From an uncultured delta proteobacterium (GTDB lineage Bacteria > Myxococcota > Myxococcia > Myxococcales > Anaeromyxobacteraceae), in NCBI GenBank assembly GCA_963828255.1, contig CAWHDZ010000027.1:1-64000 (forward strand): a DNA stretch of 64,000 nt. The letters are read 5' to 3'. The first letter of the stretch is position 1. Each line of letters begins with the position of its first letter. The notes under the pieces are model-generated. The model was given only the letters and a program-made list of their open reading frames with translations, did no database searches and was not told the origin of the DNA. This document shows, one piece after another, positions 50,866-60,502 of this stretch. The position numbers and the translations under genes are program-made.

Positions 50866-51567
50866 TCACTCCTGCGTCCTGAAGAACTCCCGTGCGATCT
50901 CGTCCCAGTGCTCGGCGTCCAGCTCGCGTGCCATGCCGTGGAGCGGCGCACCGCCGTCGTGCATCGCCGGGGCGAGCGCCATCTCCGGCGCGAGCCGCAT
51001 GGTGAGCTTCCGTCCCTGCTCCTCCACCCAGTTCCTGGCGGCGTCGCCGGTGAGCAACTGGGCGGCGTTCTTGGCCCAGCGGGTGGGGCGCACCTTGAAG
51101 AGCCAGCCGTCGCCGTACGGCGTCGAGCCGTCGCGCGCCATGGCCGGGTTCGCGGCCACCACCTCGCCGTCCACCGGGGAGAGCAGCCCCACGCTCTTGC
51201 CGCCGGCCTCGAGCCTCACGGCAGCCGCGCCCTGCTCCACCATGCTGCCGGTCCTGGGCAGGTCGATCCCGTCCAGGGCGCCGATCATCCGGTGTCCGAG
51301 GTCGTCGAGCCCGACCGCGACGGTGCCGTCCTCCTCCATGCGCGCCCAGGTGTGCCCCGGGTGCAGCGCCACGTCGGCAGGGACCTCGAACCATCCGGCG
51401 GTGACGGCGCGGGGCAGCTCGGCCGCCTTGGCGACCACCGCCTTCGCGGCTTCCTGCCCGCCGTGGATGAAGCGCCAGAATCCGACGAAGAGGATGAGGT
51501 AAGCGACGGCCAGTCCGTACTCGACCAGCTTTGCGGAGTATCCGGTGAGGAATTCGTTTCCGTGCAT
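50866..51567 (-). CDS. Membrane-anchored glycine cleavage H-like protein
   Basis: N-terminal TM (AKLVEYGLAVAYLILFVGFW); HPGHTW..VGLDD, SPVDGEVVAAN and PYGDGWL motifs. Confidence 0.85.
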   Translation of the reverse strand: MHGNEFLTGYSAKLVEYGLAVAYLILFVGFWRFIHGGQEAAKAVVAKAAELPRAVTAGWFEVPADVALHPGHTWARMEEDGTVAVGLDDLGHRMIGALDGIDLPRTGSMVEQGAAAVRLEAGGKSVGLLSPVDGEVVAANPAMARDGSTPYGDGWLFKVRPTRWAKNAAQLLTGDAARNWVEEQGRKLTMRLAPEMALAPAMHDGGAPLHGMARELDAEHWDEIAREFFRTQE

Positions 51568-51599
51568 GGCGGACCCTGTGGTGGCGGCGGCGGGTGGTG

Positions 51600-51668
51600 C
51601 TACGGGATGCGGTTGAGGAAGGCGATGACGACGAGTCCGACGACTGCGAAGGCGGTGGCGGCGATCAT
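51600..51668 (-). CDS. 22-aa hydrophobic small protein
   Basis: AGGAG RBS; MIAATAFAVVGLVVIAFLNRIP. Confidence 0.5.
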   Translation of the reverse strand: MIAATAFAVVGLVVIAFLNRIP

Positions 51669-51732
51669 GGCGTGCTCCTGCTGGTGGTTCGGTTTGCTCC
51701 CGGTGGACCTTGCTTCGTCTGTTGAGTGCTTT

Positions 51733-51748
51733 CGCAACAGGTGGGCCA
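51733..51748 (-). promoter_or_regulatory. Putative sigma-54 promoter
   Basis: Minus strand TGGCCCACCTGTTGCG is TGGC-N7-TTGC (GG-N10-GC), upstream of the small ORF and the GcvH-like pair. Confidence 0.55.
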
Positions 51749-52252
51749 GATCCGGGGTCGCAGCACCCATCGGGAAAAACCTCCTCGTGGCGGATGCTTG
51801 GAACGTGCTCCGGCCGACGCCCCTCGGAGTGTTGAGAATCTGGTCGGTGAGGATTCCGACGCGAAATCCGGCCTGGATCGGTGTCAACCAACCGTGATCC
51901 GGGCGGGATCCAGCGCCCGGGCCCCCTTGTCACGAATTCCCACGACCCGGCGGGATTCTCGACACCTCGCAGGGGCGTAGGCGCTTTCCAGGGTTGGACT
52001 AGTGTGCCCGTTCGGGGGCGTGATGAAAAACAACGTGAAGATTGCCCTGACGCTGGCGACCGCTCTTGCCCTCTTCTACCTGGTGGTCCGATTCTTCCCT
52101 CTCGGCCGGTGACCAGGACGCGCCTTGACGCTGGAATGTGCTGGGGGACGCACTTTCCGATATCGGCCGACCGGGTCAATAAATGTCCACCCGGGGCGGG
52201 TCGCCTATACTCGACCTGATTTTCCATCTCGGCAGGCTGACCCAGGGGGACC

Positions 52253-53482
52253 GTGATCAACGAACGGGAGATCGCCGCGCTGGTGGCGCGTTTCGGCATG
52301 GGCAACCAGCTGAACGGCGGCCTCCTGCTGGTGGACGACGAGCCCAACAACCTGGTCGTCCTGCGCGGTTTCCTCGACGACGAGGAGCGCTGGCAGGTCC
52401 ACACGGCGGCCTCGGGCGAGGAGGCGCTCGCCATCGCGGAGAGGACGCCCCTCGACGTGGTGGTGACCGACCACCGCATGCCGGGGATGACCGGGGTGGA
52501 CCTGCTCGAGAAGCTCCGGCGCCTTCGTCCGGACGTGGCCGGCATCGTGCTGACCGGCTACGCCGACATGGACGCCCTCGAGGCTGCCATCAACCGGGCC
52601 GCGGCCTTCCGGTTCCTGCGCAAGCCCTGGGAACCAGCCGACATCCTCGAGGCCATCCAGCAGGCCAGCAACATGGTCTCGCAGCGGCGCATCATCGAGC
52701 GGCTGGTCTCCCTCCTCTCCGAGCGGGGCGAGATGCTCCGCGCCTCCTTCGAGGAGGTGAAGCGGCAGCAGCAGGCCCTCCTCCACCTGGAGCGGATCGG
52801 CACAGTGGGCAAGCTGGCCTCCGGCGTCACCCACGACCTGCGCAACATGGTGACCAGCCTGCGCGAGGCCGAGTACCAGCTCTCCCAGCACTCGGCCTCC
52901 CCCGAGCTGCGCGAGACCTTCACCCTGGGGCTCGCTCACGTCGAGAAGATCCTCTCCACCTTGAAGACGCTCCAGGATTTCGCCCACGCCGGGAAGCTGG
53001 AGATCGCGCGCGCCCCGGCCGACCCGGCCGACGTGGTGCGGGACGCCGTGACCATCTCCCGGATGGACCTGCACTTCCGCCTGCGGCGCCTCGTCGTGGA
53101 CGTCGCCCCGGATCTCCCTCCCCTCCAGGCCGACCGGCTCAAGCTGTCGCAGGCGCTCGTCAACCTGATCCAGAACGCGGTCCAGGCCACCGGCAAGGAC
53201 GCCACCGTGCGCATCGCCGCCCGGCCCGCCGACGGCGGCGTGGAACTGGCCGTGGAGGACGACGGACCAGGCGTCGATGCCGAGCTCCGGCCCCGCCTCT
53301 TCCAGCCCTTCGCCCCGGGCAAGGGCTCGCCCGGCCTGGGAATGGGGCTCTACATGGCGCGCCTCATCGTCGAGTCCCACGGGGGCTCCATCCGCCTCGT
53401 GGACCTGCCCGGCGGCGGCGCCCGCTTCGAGCTGCTCCTCCCGAACACCCCACCGTCGAGCCCTCCAGCCACACCCACCTGA
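52253..53482 (+). CDS. Hybrid REC-histidine kinase (PhcR-like architecture)
   Basis: LLVDDE, TDHRMPG, LTGYAD..AIN..FLRKPW; THDLRN; HATPase; no DNA-binding domain. Confidence 0.9.
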   Translation: MINEREIAALVARFGMGNQLNGGLLLVDDEPNNLVVLRGFLDDEERWQVHTAASGEEALAIAERTPLDVVVTDHRMPGMTGVDLLEKLRRLRPDVAGIVLTGYADMDALEAAINRAAAFRFLRKPWEPADILEAIQQASNMVSQRRIIERLVSLLSERGEMLRASFEEVKRQQQALLHLERIGTVGKLASGVTHDLRNMVTSLREAEYQLSQHSASPELRETFTLGLAHVEKILSTLKTLQDFAHAGKLEIARAPADPADVVRDAVTISRMDLHFRLRRLVVDVAPDLPPLQADRLKLSQALVNLIQNAVQATGKDATVRIAARPADGGVELAVEDDGPGVDAELRPRLFQPFAPGKGSPGLGMGLYMARLIVESHGGSIRLVDLPGGGARFELLLPNTPPSSPPATPT

Positions 53483-53526
53483 TCCTCCTCGAGCCTTCGT
53501 CCAGCGCAGACACCTCGCCCGTCACC

Positions 53527-55080
53527 ATGGAAAAGAAGACCACCATCAAGCTAGTCGAGCCCCCCGGGGAGGCCCCCTCCTCGCCCCTGCCGCTCGGGCC
53601 CCGTCCCCACCGTTACGAGGAGCTGGAAGGGGCGGAGGGGCGCGCCGTCTTCTTCCGCCCCCACCGCCACTCCGCCGCCGACCTCGAACCCCTGCGCGGA
53701 GTCGTCACGGTCAACGTGGACGGAGTCCGGCGCGAGTGCGCCGTCCTCGACGTCAGCCAGAACGGCGTGGCGGTGGCCTGGACGCACGGCCTGCCCGCCC
53801 GGAAGGGCAGGCTCGTCCCGGCGGTGCTCCGCTTCGACGCCCACCAGCCCTTCGAAGGCCAGGTCCGCATCGGGTCGGTCCGCGAGGCCGACGGTTCCAC
53901 CGTGGTCGGGCTCTCCTTCGACAACTTCCTCCTCGACGTGGAGGAGGTCCTCTCCCTGCGCACGGTGCGCGCCTGGGCGGCGGGCGCCGGGGGCGCCCGT
54001 GTCCAGGACAGACCCTGGGGCGTTTCCTCCGGGGAGCGCTTCCAGGCCCGTGTCGCCGAGCTCCGCATGCTGCTCGAGGACGGGCGGCAGCAGCTCGACG
54101 CGCTCGAGCGGCAGCTCCCCTGGCACGCCCTGCACGGACCGCTGAGCCCGGTCCTGGCCGCCCTGGAGCGGTCGCTCCGCGCGGGCTTCGTCCCGGAGTT
54201 CGTGCGGCTCACCGAGGCCATCGACGCGGAGATCCGCACCCTCCCCGGCGGCCACCGCAACGAGCAGGCCCGCCTGTGGGCGATGCGCAACCTCCAGGAG
54301 TTCCTCATGGAGTCTCCCGGACTCCGCCGCGCCTACGAGAAGCCCTTCGGCTACCCGGGCGACTACGAGGTGATGAACGCCATCTACGAGCGCTTCTACG
54401 AGGGCTCTACGCTCTTCGCCCGCTCGGTCGGCCTGGGATTCTCGGAGGCGCTCTGCTCCAAGGCGGTCCGCTTCCGCAAGGACCTGGTCAAGCGGCAGCT
54501 GAAGGCGCTCCTCTCCCGGCGGGCCGGGTCAACGGGGCCGGTGCGGGTGCTCTCCATCGGGGCCGGACCGGCCCAGGAGCTGCACGAGCTCTTCCAGGAG
54601 GTGGACGACCTCCCGGTGCCGCTCGAGGTGGTGCTCTTCGAGCAGGACAAGAACGCGCTGGCCCACGCCTTCCGGCGGCTCACGCCGACGGTGGAGGCGC
54701 GGTTCCAGGGGCGCGTCCGGCTCCTCTTCCTGCACGACTCCATCAAGCGGCTGCTGCGCGACGGCTCGCTCTTCGCCCCCTTCGGGAAGTTCGACCTGGT
54801 CTACTCCGCCGGACTGCTCGACTACCTCCAGCAGCGCACCGGCACGGTGCTCACCCGTCACCTGGCGGGGACCACGGCGCCCGGGGGGCAGCTCCTCATC
54901 GCCAACATGGTGGACAACCCGGCCCGCACGCTGCTTCAGGTACACCTCGACTGGGCGCTCATCTACCGGACCCGGGAGGAGCTCCTGGACATGGCCCACG
55001 CAGCGGTTCCGGGCGCGAGGGTCCGCATCCTCGAGGAGGAGAGCGGGGTCAACCCGTTCTTCGAGATCGTCCGCGGGTAG
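53527..55080 (+). CDS. PilZ-like domain plus class I SAM-dependent methyltransferase, PhcB-like signal synthase candidate
   Basis: DVSQNG (PilZ DxSxxG); RAYEKPFGYPGDYEVMNAIY; VLSIGAGPAQE; FDLVYSAGLLDYL; LDWALIYRT. Confidence 0.8.
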   Translation: MEKKTTIKLVEPPGEAPSSPLPLGPRPHRYEELEGAEGRAVFFRPHRHSAADLEPLRGVVTVNVDGVRRECAVLDVSQNGVAVAWTHGLPARKGRLVPAVLRFDAHQPFEGQVRIGSVREADGSTVVGLSFDNFLLDVEEVLSLRTVRAWAAGAGGARVQDRPWGVSSGERFQARVAELRMLLEDGRQQLDALERQLPWHALHGPLSPVLAALERSLRAGFVPEFVRLTEAIDAEIRTLPGGHRNEQARLWAMRNLQEFLMESPGLRRAYEKPFGYPGDYEVMNAIYERFYEGSTLFARSVGLGFSEALCSKAVRFRKDLVKRQLKALLSRRAGSTGPVRVLSIGAGPAQELHELFQEVDDLPVPLEVVLFEQDKNALAHAFRRLTPTVEARFQGRVRLLFLHDSIKRLLRDGSLFAPFGKFDLVYSAGLLDYLQQRTGTVLTRHLAGTTAPGGQLLIANMVDNPARTLLQVHLDWALIYRTREELLDMAHAAVPGARVRILEEESGVNPFFEIVRG

Positions 55081-57735
55081 ATGACGACCTCCGACTTCGA
55101 GATCGAGAGGAGCTGGGCCGCCTGGCGGCTGGGGCGCAATCGCCGCGGCCTGAAGGTCGGGCTCCTCTTCATGGTCACGCTGTACCCGGCCTTCGGCCTG
55201 CTCGACTGGGCGCTGGCCCCGCCCTCGGCCCTGCCCTGGCTCTGGGGGACGCGCGCCGGGATCGTCTCGCTCGCCATGGTCCTGCTCCTCCTCATGCGCA
55301 ACCCGCGCTTCGACCGCTGGGTGGACGCCGTGGCGGTGCTCTGCGGCTGGCTCGCCGGTGCGGGCATCAGCATCATGACGGCCTACATGGGTGGCCTGGC
55401 GTCGCCCTACTACGCCGGGCTCATCCTGGTGGTGCTGGCGGCCGGCCTGCTCTTCGTCTGGCCTCCGGTGCTGGTCTTCGTGACCTTGCTCGGGCTGGTG
55501 GCGTCCTTCCCGCTCGTCAACCTGGCGCTCGGGGCCGGAGGGGATCTTCACGTCGCCGCATCCAACATGACGTTCCTGTCGGCGACGGCCCTCATCGCCG
55601 GCGTCGCCCAGGTCCTGCAGTTCACCACGCTGCGCGAGCAGCACGAGCAGCGGCTCCGGCTCGAGGTCACCTCCCACAACCTGGAGCGGGCGCACACCAA
55701 GCTGCAGCAGCTCGACGAGTTCAAGTCGCGCTTCTTCGCCAACATGACCCACGAGCTGCGCACGCCGCTCGCCATGGTCGTCACCCCGCTCGAGCTGATG
55801 ATGCAAGGGGAGATGGGCGCATTCAGCGAGCCCCAGCGCAGCTCGCTCGCCACCATGTACCGGAGCGCGCTCAAGCTCCTGAAGCTCATCAACGACCTGC
55901 TCGACCTCTCCCGGCTCGAGGAGAGCCGGCTCCGCATCGACGTGAAGGAGCAGGACCTGGCCGCCCAGCTGCGCGGCCTCGTCGAGCAGACCGATGTGCT
56001 GGCGCGCCGCAAGCTGATCACGCTCTCCTTCTCCAGCGGGGACAGGCCGTGCACCGTCTGGTGCGACGCCGAGCGGCTGGAGCGGGTCTTCGTCAACCTG
56101 CTCTCCAACGCCATCAAGTTCACGCCCGTGAACGGACACGTCACGGTGGAACTGCGCGAACAGCCCGACGACGTCGAGGTGGTGGTCACCGACGACGGCC
56201 CGGGCTTCCCCCCCGACCGGGCCGAGCAGATCTTCGAGCGCTTCTACCAGGTGGACATGGCCGACCGGCGCGCCCACGGCGGCACGGGGATCGGGCTCGC
56301 CCTGGCCCGCGAGCTGGTGATGCTCCACGGCGGCTCCATCCGCGCCGAGAGCGACGGACGGACGGGCGCCCGCTTCACCGTCAAGCTCCCGAAGGGGCGC
56401 GGCCACTTCCGCCCCGAAGCCCTCGCCGAACCGCGGGACGCCGGGGAGGGGGCGCGGGGAGAGCCCGGCCTCGACTGGGCGGTCCAGCTCGCCGCCCGCT
56501 CCGAGTTCCGGCTGCTCGACATCGAGGAGGCCACCGAGCGGCGCGCCGTCGAGCGGGACACCGACGAGGAGGCCCGCCCGTACACGGCGGTGGTGGTCGA
56601 GGACCACCCCCACATCATCCAGCTCGTGCACATGTCGCTGCGACGCCAGTTCAAGGTGCTGACCGCCTCGGACGGGCTGAAGGGGCTCGACCTCGTCCTC
56701 CGGGAGCGCCCGAACCTGGTGGTCACCGACCTCATGATGCCGGGCATCGACGGCCTGGCGCTCACCCGCAGGCTTCGCGAGGAGCCGTCCACCCGCCACA
56801 TCCCCATCATCATGCTCACGGCGCGGGGGGAGCTCGACGACCGTGTGAAGGGGCTCGAGACGGGGGTCAGCGCCTACCTCACCAAGCCCTTCTCGCCGAA
56901 GGAGCTTCTCACCGCGGCGCGGGAGCTGGTCAAGGCGAAGGAGCAGACCGCCGATCTGGTGCTGACCCAGCGCATGGAGTCGCTCGAGATGGTGGCGGCC
57001 GGCCTGGCCCACGAGATCAACAACCCGCTCAACTACCTCAAGAACGCGCTGGGGCGGGTCCGGCTCGACGCCGAGAAGGTGCTGGGGCTGTGCGGTGAAG
57101 CGCGCGAGCGGCCGCTCGACCTTGCGGGACAGGCCCAGGTGGACCGGCTGGCGGCGCGGATCCGCGAGCTGCTCGGGGTGGCCGACTCCGGCGTGAAGCG
57201 CATCGGATCGACCGTCGAGCTGATGAGCCGCTACGGGCGGGCCGGCTACAAGCGGGAGATGGTGCCGCACGACGCCTGGGCGGCGGCCCACGCCGTGGTG
57301 GGGATCGTGCTCCCGGCCACCGGGCGCCACGTGAAGGTGGACCTCGACCTCGAGGGGGACGGCTCCCTCGAGTGCGTGCCCGAGGAGTTCAGCCAGGTCC
57401 TCTCCAACCTGGTCCAGAACGCCATCGAGGCGGTGCCCGAGGAGACGGGGAGGGTCCGGGTGCGGGGGCGCGTCGAGGACGGCGAGCTTCTGATCTCTGT
57501 GAAGGACAATGGGCCGGGGATCCCCCCGGAGGTGGTCCAGAAGCTCTTCACCCCCTTCTTCTCCACGAAGGGGCCGGGGAAGGGCGTGGGGCTCGGCCTC
57601 ACCATCACGCGCCGCGTGGTCCAGAGCCTGGGCGGCAGCCTCAACGTGACGAGCGCCGTCGGCCAGGGGACGGAGTTCCTGGTCCGCGTGCCGCGAACGC
57701 AGCCACGGCCGCGCGCGCTCCCCGCGCCGGGCTGA
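55081..57735 (+). CDS. Membrane hybrid sensor kinase: about 5 TM, HisKA-HATPase-REC-HisKA-HATPase
   Basis: FFANMTHELRTPL, GGTGIGL, TDLMMPG, YLTKPF, AHEINNPL and FFSTKGPGKGVGLGL motifs. Confidence 0.93.
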   Translation: MTTSDFEIERSWAAWRLGRNRRGLKVGLLFMVTLYPAFGLLDWALAPPSALPWLWGTRAGIVSLAMVLLLLMRNPRFDRWVDAVAVLCGWLAGAGISIMTAYMGGLASPYYAGLILVVLAAGLLFVWPPVLVFVTLLGLVASFPLVNLALGAGGDLHVAASNMTFLSATALIAGVAQVLQFTTLREQHEQRLRLEVTSHNLERAHTKLQQLDEFKSRFFANMTHELRTPLAMVVTPLELMMQGEMGAFSEPQRSSLATMYRSALKLLKLINDLLDLSRLEESRLRIDVKEQDLAAQLRGLVEQTDVLARRKLITLSFSSGDRPCTVWCDAERLERVFVNLLSNAIKFTPVNGHVTVELREQPDDVEVVVTDDGPGFPPDRAEQIFERFYQVDMADRRAHGGTGIGLALARELVMLHGGSIRAESDGRTGARFTVKLPKGRGHFRPEALAEPRDAGEGARGEPGLDWAVQLAARSEFRLLDIEEATERRAVERDTDEEARPYTAVVVEDHPHIIQLVHMSLRRQFKVLTASDGLKGLDLVLRERPNLVVTDLMMPGIDGLALTRRLREEPSTRHIPIIMLTARGELDDRVKGLETGVSAYLTKPFSPKELLTAARELVKAKEQTADLVLTQRMESLEMVAAGLAHEINNPLNYLKNALGRVRLDAEKVLGLCGEARERPLDLAGQAQVDRLAARIRELLGVADSGVKRIGSTVELMSRYGRAGYKREMVPHDAWAAAHAVVGIVLPATGRHVKVDLDLEGDGSLECVPEEFSQVLSNLVQNAIEAVPEETGRVRVRGRVEDGELLISVKDNGPGIPPEVVQKLFTPFFSTKGPGKGVGLGLTITRRVVQSLGGSLNVTSAVGQGTEFLVRVPRTQPRPRALPAPG

Positions 57736-57753
57736 TGGCGCTATGCTGCCGGG

Positions 57754-59091
57754 ATGCGGATCCCGGTCGCCCTGCTCGCGTCCCTCGCCGCGACCCTGTT
57801 CGTCGCCGCCTCCTGCTCGGGGAACAACCCCAGGCCGCCGCTCCTGGGCGCGGGCGGGTGGTCCTGGTCACCGGCCGTGGCGGGCGACCATCCGCTCCCG
57901 GTCCTGTGGTGGGGGAGCACGACCCCCTCGCCCCTCCCGCTCCTCGACGGCGGCGACTGCTCCGCGTCGGGCTCGGTCCAGGCTCTCGTGGCCGAGGTGG
58001 GCCAGCCCCTCGCCGTGGGGATCTCGGTGACCTGCGCGGGAGGCATTCCCGCCATGCTCCCCGTCGCCTGGCCCGGCGGCGCCGTTCAGGCCCTCCCGCT
58101 GCCGGCGGGGGCCACCCAGGGAACGGCGCTCGCGGTCGTGTCCCGCCCCGGAGCGACGCGGATCGCCATCCCAGACCGGTTCATCGGTGGCGCGACGGGG
58201 ACGACCTCACCCCGCCCGACGTTCTGGAAGAACGGCGCGGTGGTGGCATGGGACCCGACGGACCTGCTGCCCCCCGGCCACGACGCGGGGGTGGTGACCA
58301 GCATCGCGGCGACGGACCAGTTCGTGCTCGCCGCCGGCGTCGTCCACCGCACGGGGAGCTCTCCGCCGGCCTACTCCGGGATCATCTGGCTCTTCGACCT
58401 CGACTTCACCGCATCCACCTGGGAATTCCTCCCCCTGCCGACCGACGCCGGCGGCGCGAGCTTCGGCTCCTGGGTCTCGATGGTGATCGAGGGGACCACG
58501 ATCTGGTCGGCGGCCGCCATCTGGAACGCCGCCGCCGCGCCGAAGCCGGTGGTCTGGACGGACGACGTATCGGTGCCCTGGTTCGGGGTGGAGTTCGGGA
58601 CGGCCCCCTGGGCCTCGCCCACCGGCCTCTCGATGGTCGAACTCGTCCCCTACTCGAGCGGCTGGGTCCGAACGGCCTCCACGAGCGGACCGCCGCAGCC
58701 CGCCATCTGGGCAGGGCCCGTCCTGTCCCTCCTCCCCGCCGCCGACCCGTCGAATCCCATCGGCGCGGGCGAGTCCATCGCCATCTACCTCGAGGGGGCC
58801 TACGTGTCCGGTGAGAGCCTCGCCGGCGACCCTTCCAGCCCCTCGCGCAGGCTGGCCGTGCCCGCCATCTGGTCGAACGGGGCCCGGACCGATCTCGGCA
58901 CGCTCTCCGCGCCCGGAGCCGGTCCGGCCATCTCCGGACCGCTCTTCGGCTGGTGGCGCCTCCCCGGCACGCCCGTGACCTCCCCGCCCGACTGGCCCTA
59001 CCCGGGCGGCACCGGCGAGGTCCTCGATTCACTTCCCGTGTCGGCGGCCGGCTCGGGCGTGGCCCGGACGGTGGTCGCCGTCCCGCCCTGA
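57754..59091 (+). CDS. Hypothetical lipoprotein with repeated PxxW units (possible beta-propeller)
   Basis: Lipobox-like VAASC; repeats PVLW, PVAW, PTFWKNG, PVVW, PAIW and PAIWSNG. Confidence 0.65.
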   Translation: MRIPVALLASLAATLFVAASCSGNNPRPPLLGAGGWSWSPAVAGDHPLPVLWWGSTTPSPLPLLDGGDCSASGSVQALVAEVGQPLAVGISVTCAGGIPAMLPVAWPGGAVQALPLPAGATQGTALAVVSRPGATRIAIPDRFIGGATGTTSPRPTFWKNGAVVAWDPTDLLPPGHDAGVVTSIAATDQFVLAAGVVHRTGSSPPAYSGIIWLFDLDFTASTWEFLPLPTDAGGASFGSWVSMVIEGTTIWSAAAIWNAAAAPKPVVWTDDVSVPWFGVEFGTAPWASPTGLSMVELVPYSSGWVRTASTSGPPQPAIWAGPVLSLLPAADPSNPIGAGESIAIYLEGAYVSGESLAGDPSSPSRRLAVPAIWSNGARTDLGTLSAPGAGPAISGPLFGWWRLPGTPVTSPPDWPYPGGTGEVLDSLPVSAAGSGVARTVVAVPP

Positions 59092-59118
59092 CCGATCGGC
59101 CCGGGCGGCTCCGGACCG

Positions 59119-60483
59119 CTACTTCACCCAGACCGTCTTCACGTTGACGAAGGCCCGGATCCCCTCGAGCCCCAGTTCCCGGCCGTAGCCCGAGGTCTTC
59201 ACGCCGCCGAAGGGCAGGCGCGGGTCGCTCTTCACGAGCCCGTTCACGAAGACGGCGCCCGCCTCGATGCGCGGCACCAGCCGCTCGATCTTGGCCGGAT
59301 CCGTCGTCCACAGCGAGGCGCCCAGGCCGAACCGCGAGTCGTTGGCGATCTCCACGGCGTGGTCGGGCGAGTCGGCGCGGATCACCACCGCCACCGGCCC
59401 GAAGAGCTCCTCCTTCGCCGCCACGTTGCTGGTCTTCACGTCGGCCAGGATGGAGACCGGGTAGAAGGCGCCCGGGCCGGCGGGGATGGTGCAGCCCATG
59501 GCCGGGCGCGCTCCCTCGGCGATGGCCTGCTTCACCAGCTCGTGCATCTCGTCGCGCAGGTCGGTGCGCGCCTGCGGCCCGATGTCTGTGCCCGGCTGCA
59601 TGGGGTCGCCCACCTTGACCGCCTTCATGGCGGCGGTGAACTTCTCGAGGAAGGCGTCGTAGACCGCCCCCTCGACGATGAAGCGCTTGGCGCAGATGCA
59701 GCTCTGCCCGGCGTTGATGGTGCGGGCCAGCGCGCCCACCTTGGCGGCCTGGTCGAGGTCGGCGTCGGCGAGCACGATGAACGGGTCGGAGCCGCCCAGC
59801 TCCATGACCGAGGGCTTGAGCGCCTCGCCCGAGGCGGCCGCCACCGCCCGGCCGGCCGGTTCACTGCCCGTGATCGTGGCGGCGGCGATGCGCGGGTCGA
59901 GGATGATGCCGCGGACCGGCTTCGAGCCCACGAGGAGCGTGCGGAAGAGGTCGGGCGGGAAGCCGGCGTCGTGCATCAGCTTCTCGATGGCCAGCGCGCA
60001 CTGGGGCACGTTGGAGGCGTGCTTGAGCAGCCCTCCGTTGCCGGCCATGAGGTGGGGCGCGATGAACCGGAACACCTGCCAGTAGGGGAAGTTCCAGGGC
60101 ATCACCGCCAGGATCACGCCGATGGGATCGAAGCGGACGTAGGCCTGGCTCCCGTCGCTGGTCTCGGGGCGAGGGGCCAGGAAGACCTCGGCGTTCTCGG
60201 CGTAGTACTCGCAGACCCAGGCGCACTTGGTGGCCTCGGCCGCGCCGTCCTTCAGGGGCTTTCCCATCTCGATGGCGGCCAGCCGGCCCAGCTCGGGGGC
60301 CCGCTCGCGGAGCAGCGCCGCGACCTTGCGCATGGGGACGGCCCGCTCGGCGATGGGCACGCGCGCCCAGGCCCTCTGCGCCTTCGCGGCGGCGTCGAGG
60401 ATCCGGTCGACCTCGTCCTTGCCCATCTCGGGGAAGGTTCGGAGGACCTCTCCGGTGGTCGGGTTCAGGGATTCGATGGCCAT
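59119..60483 (-). CDS. NAD(P)-dependent succinate-semialdehyde dehydrogenase-like ALDH
   Basis: [38 protein letters not shown] and EELFGP motifs. Confidence 0.93.
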   Translation of the reverse strand: MAIESLNPTTGEVLRTFPEMGKDEVDRILDAAAKAQRAWARVPIAERAVPMRKVAALLRERAPELGRLAAIEMGKPLKDGAAEATKCAWVCEYYAENAEVFLAPRPETSDGSQAYVRFDPIGVILAVMPWNFPYWQVFRFIAPHLMAGNGGLLKHASNVPQCALAIEKLMHDAGFPPDLFRTLLVGSKPVRGIILDPRIAAATITGSEPAGRAVAAASGEALKPSVMELGGSDPFIVLADADLDQAAKVGALARTINAGQSCICAKRFIVEGAVYDAFLEKFTAAMKAVKVGDPMQPGTDIGPQARTDLRDEMHELVKQAIAEGARPAMGCTIPAGPGAFYPVSILADVKTSNVAAKEELFGPVAVVIRADSPDHAVEIANDSRFGLGASLWTTDPAKIERLVPRIEAGAVFVNGLVKSDPRLPFGGVKTSGYGRELGLEGIRAFVNVKTVWVK

Positions 60484-60502
60484 TGGGTTTCGTCCTTTCG
60501 GC

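Noticed and set aside
51670..52250. Riboswitch or ncRNA in the long intergenic region
   Set aside because: I recognised no conserved riboswitch or tRNA motif, and divergent promoters explain the region. An Rfam/Infernal scan would be decisive.
52183..55080. 965-aa ORF as one protein
   Set aside because: The first ~448 codons are mostly an off-frame overlap of the REC-kinase; the plausible start is ATG 53527.
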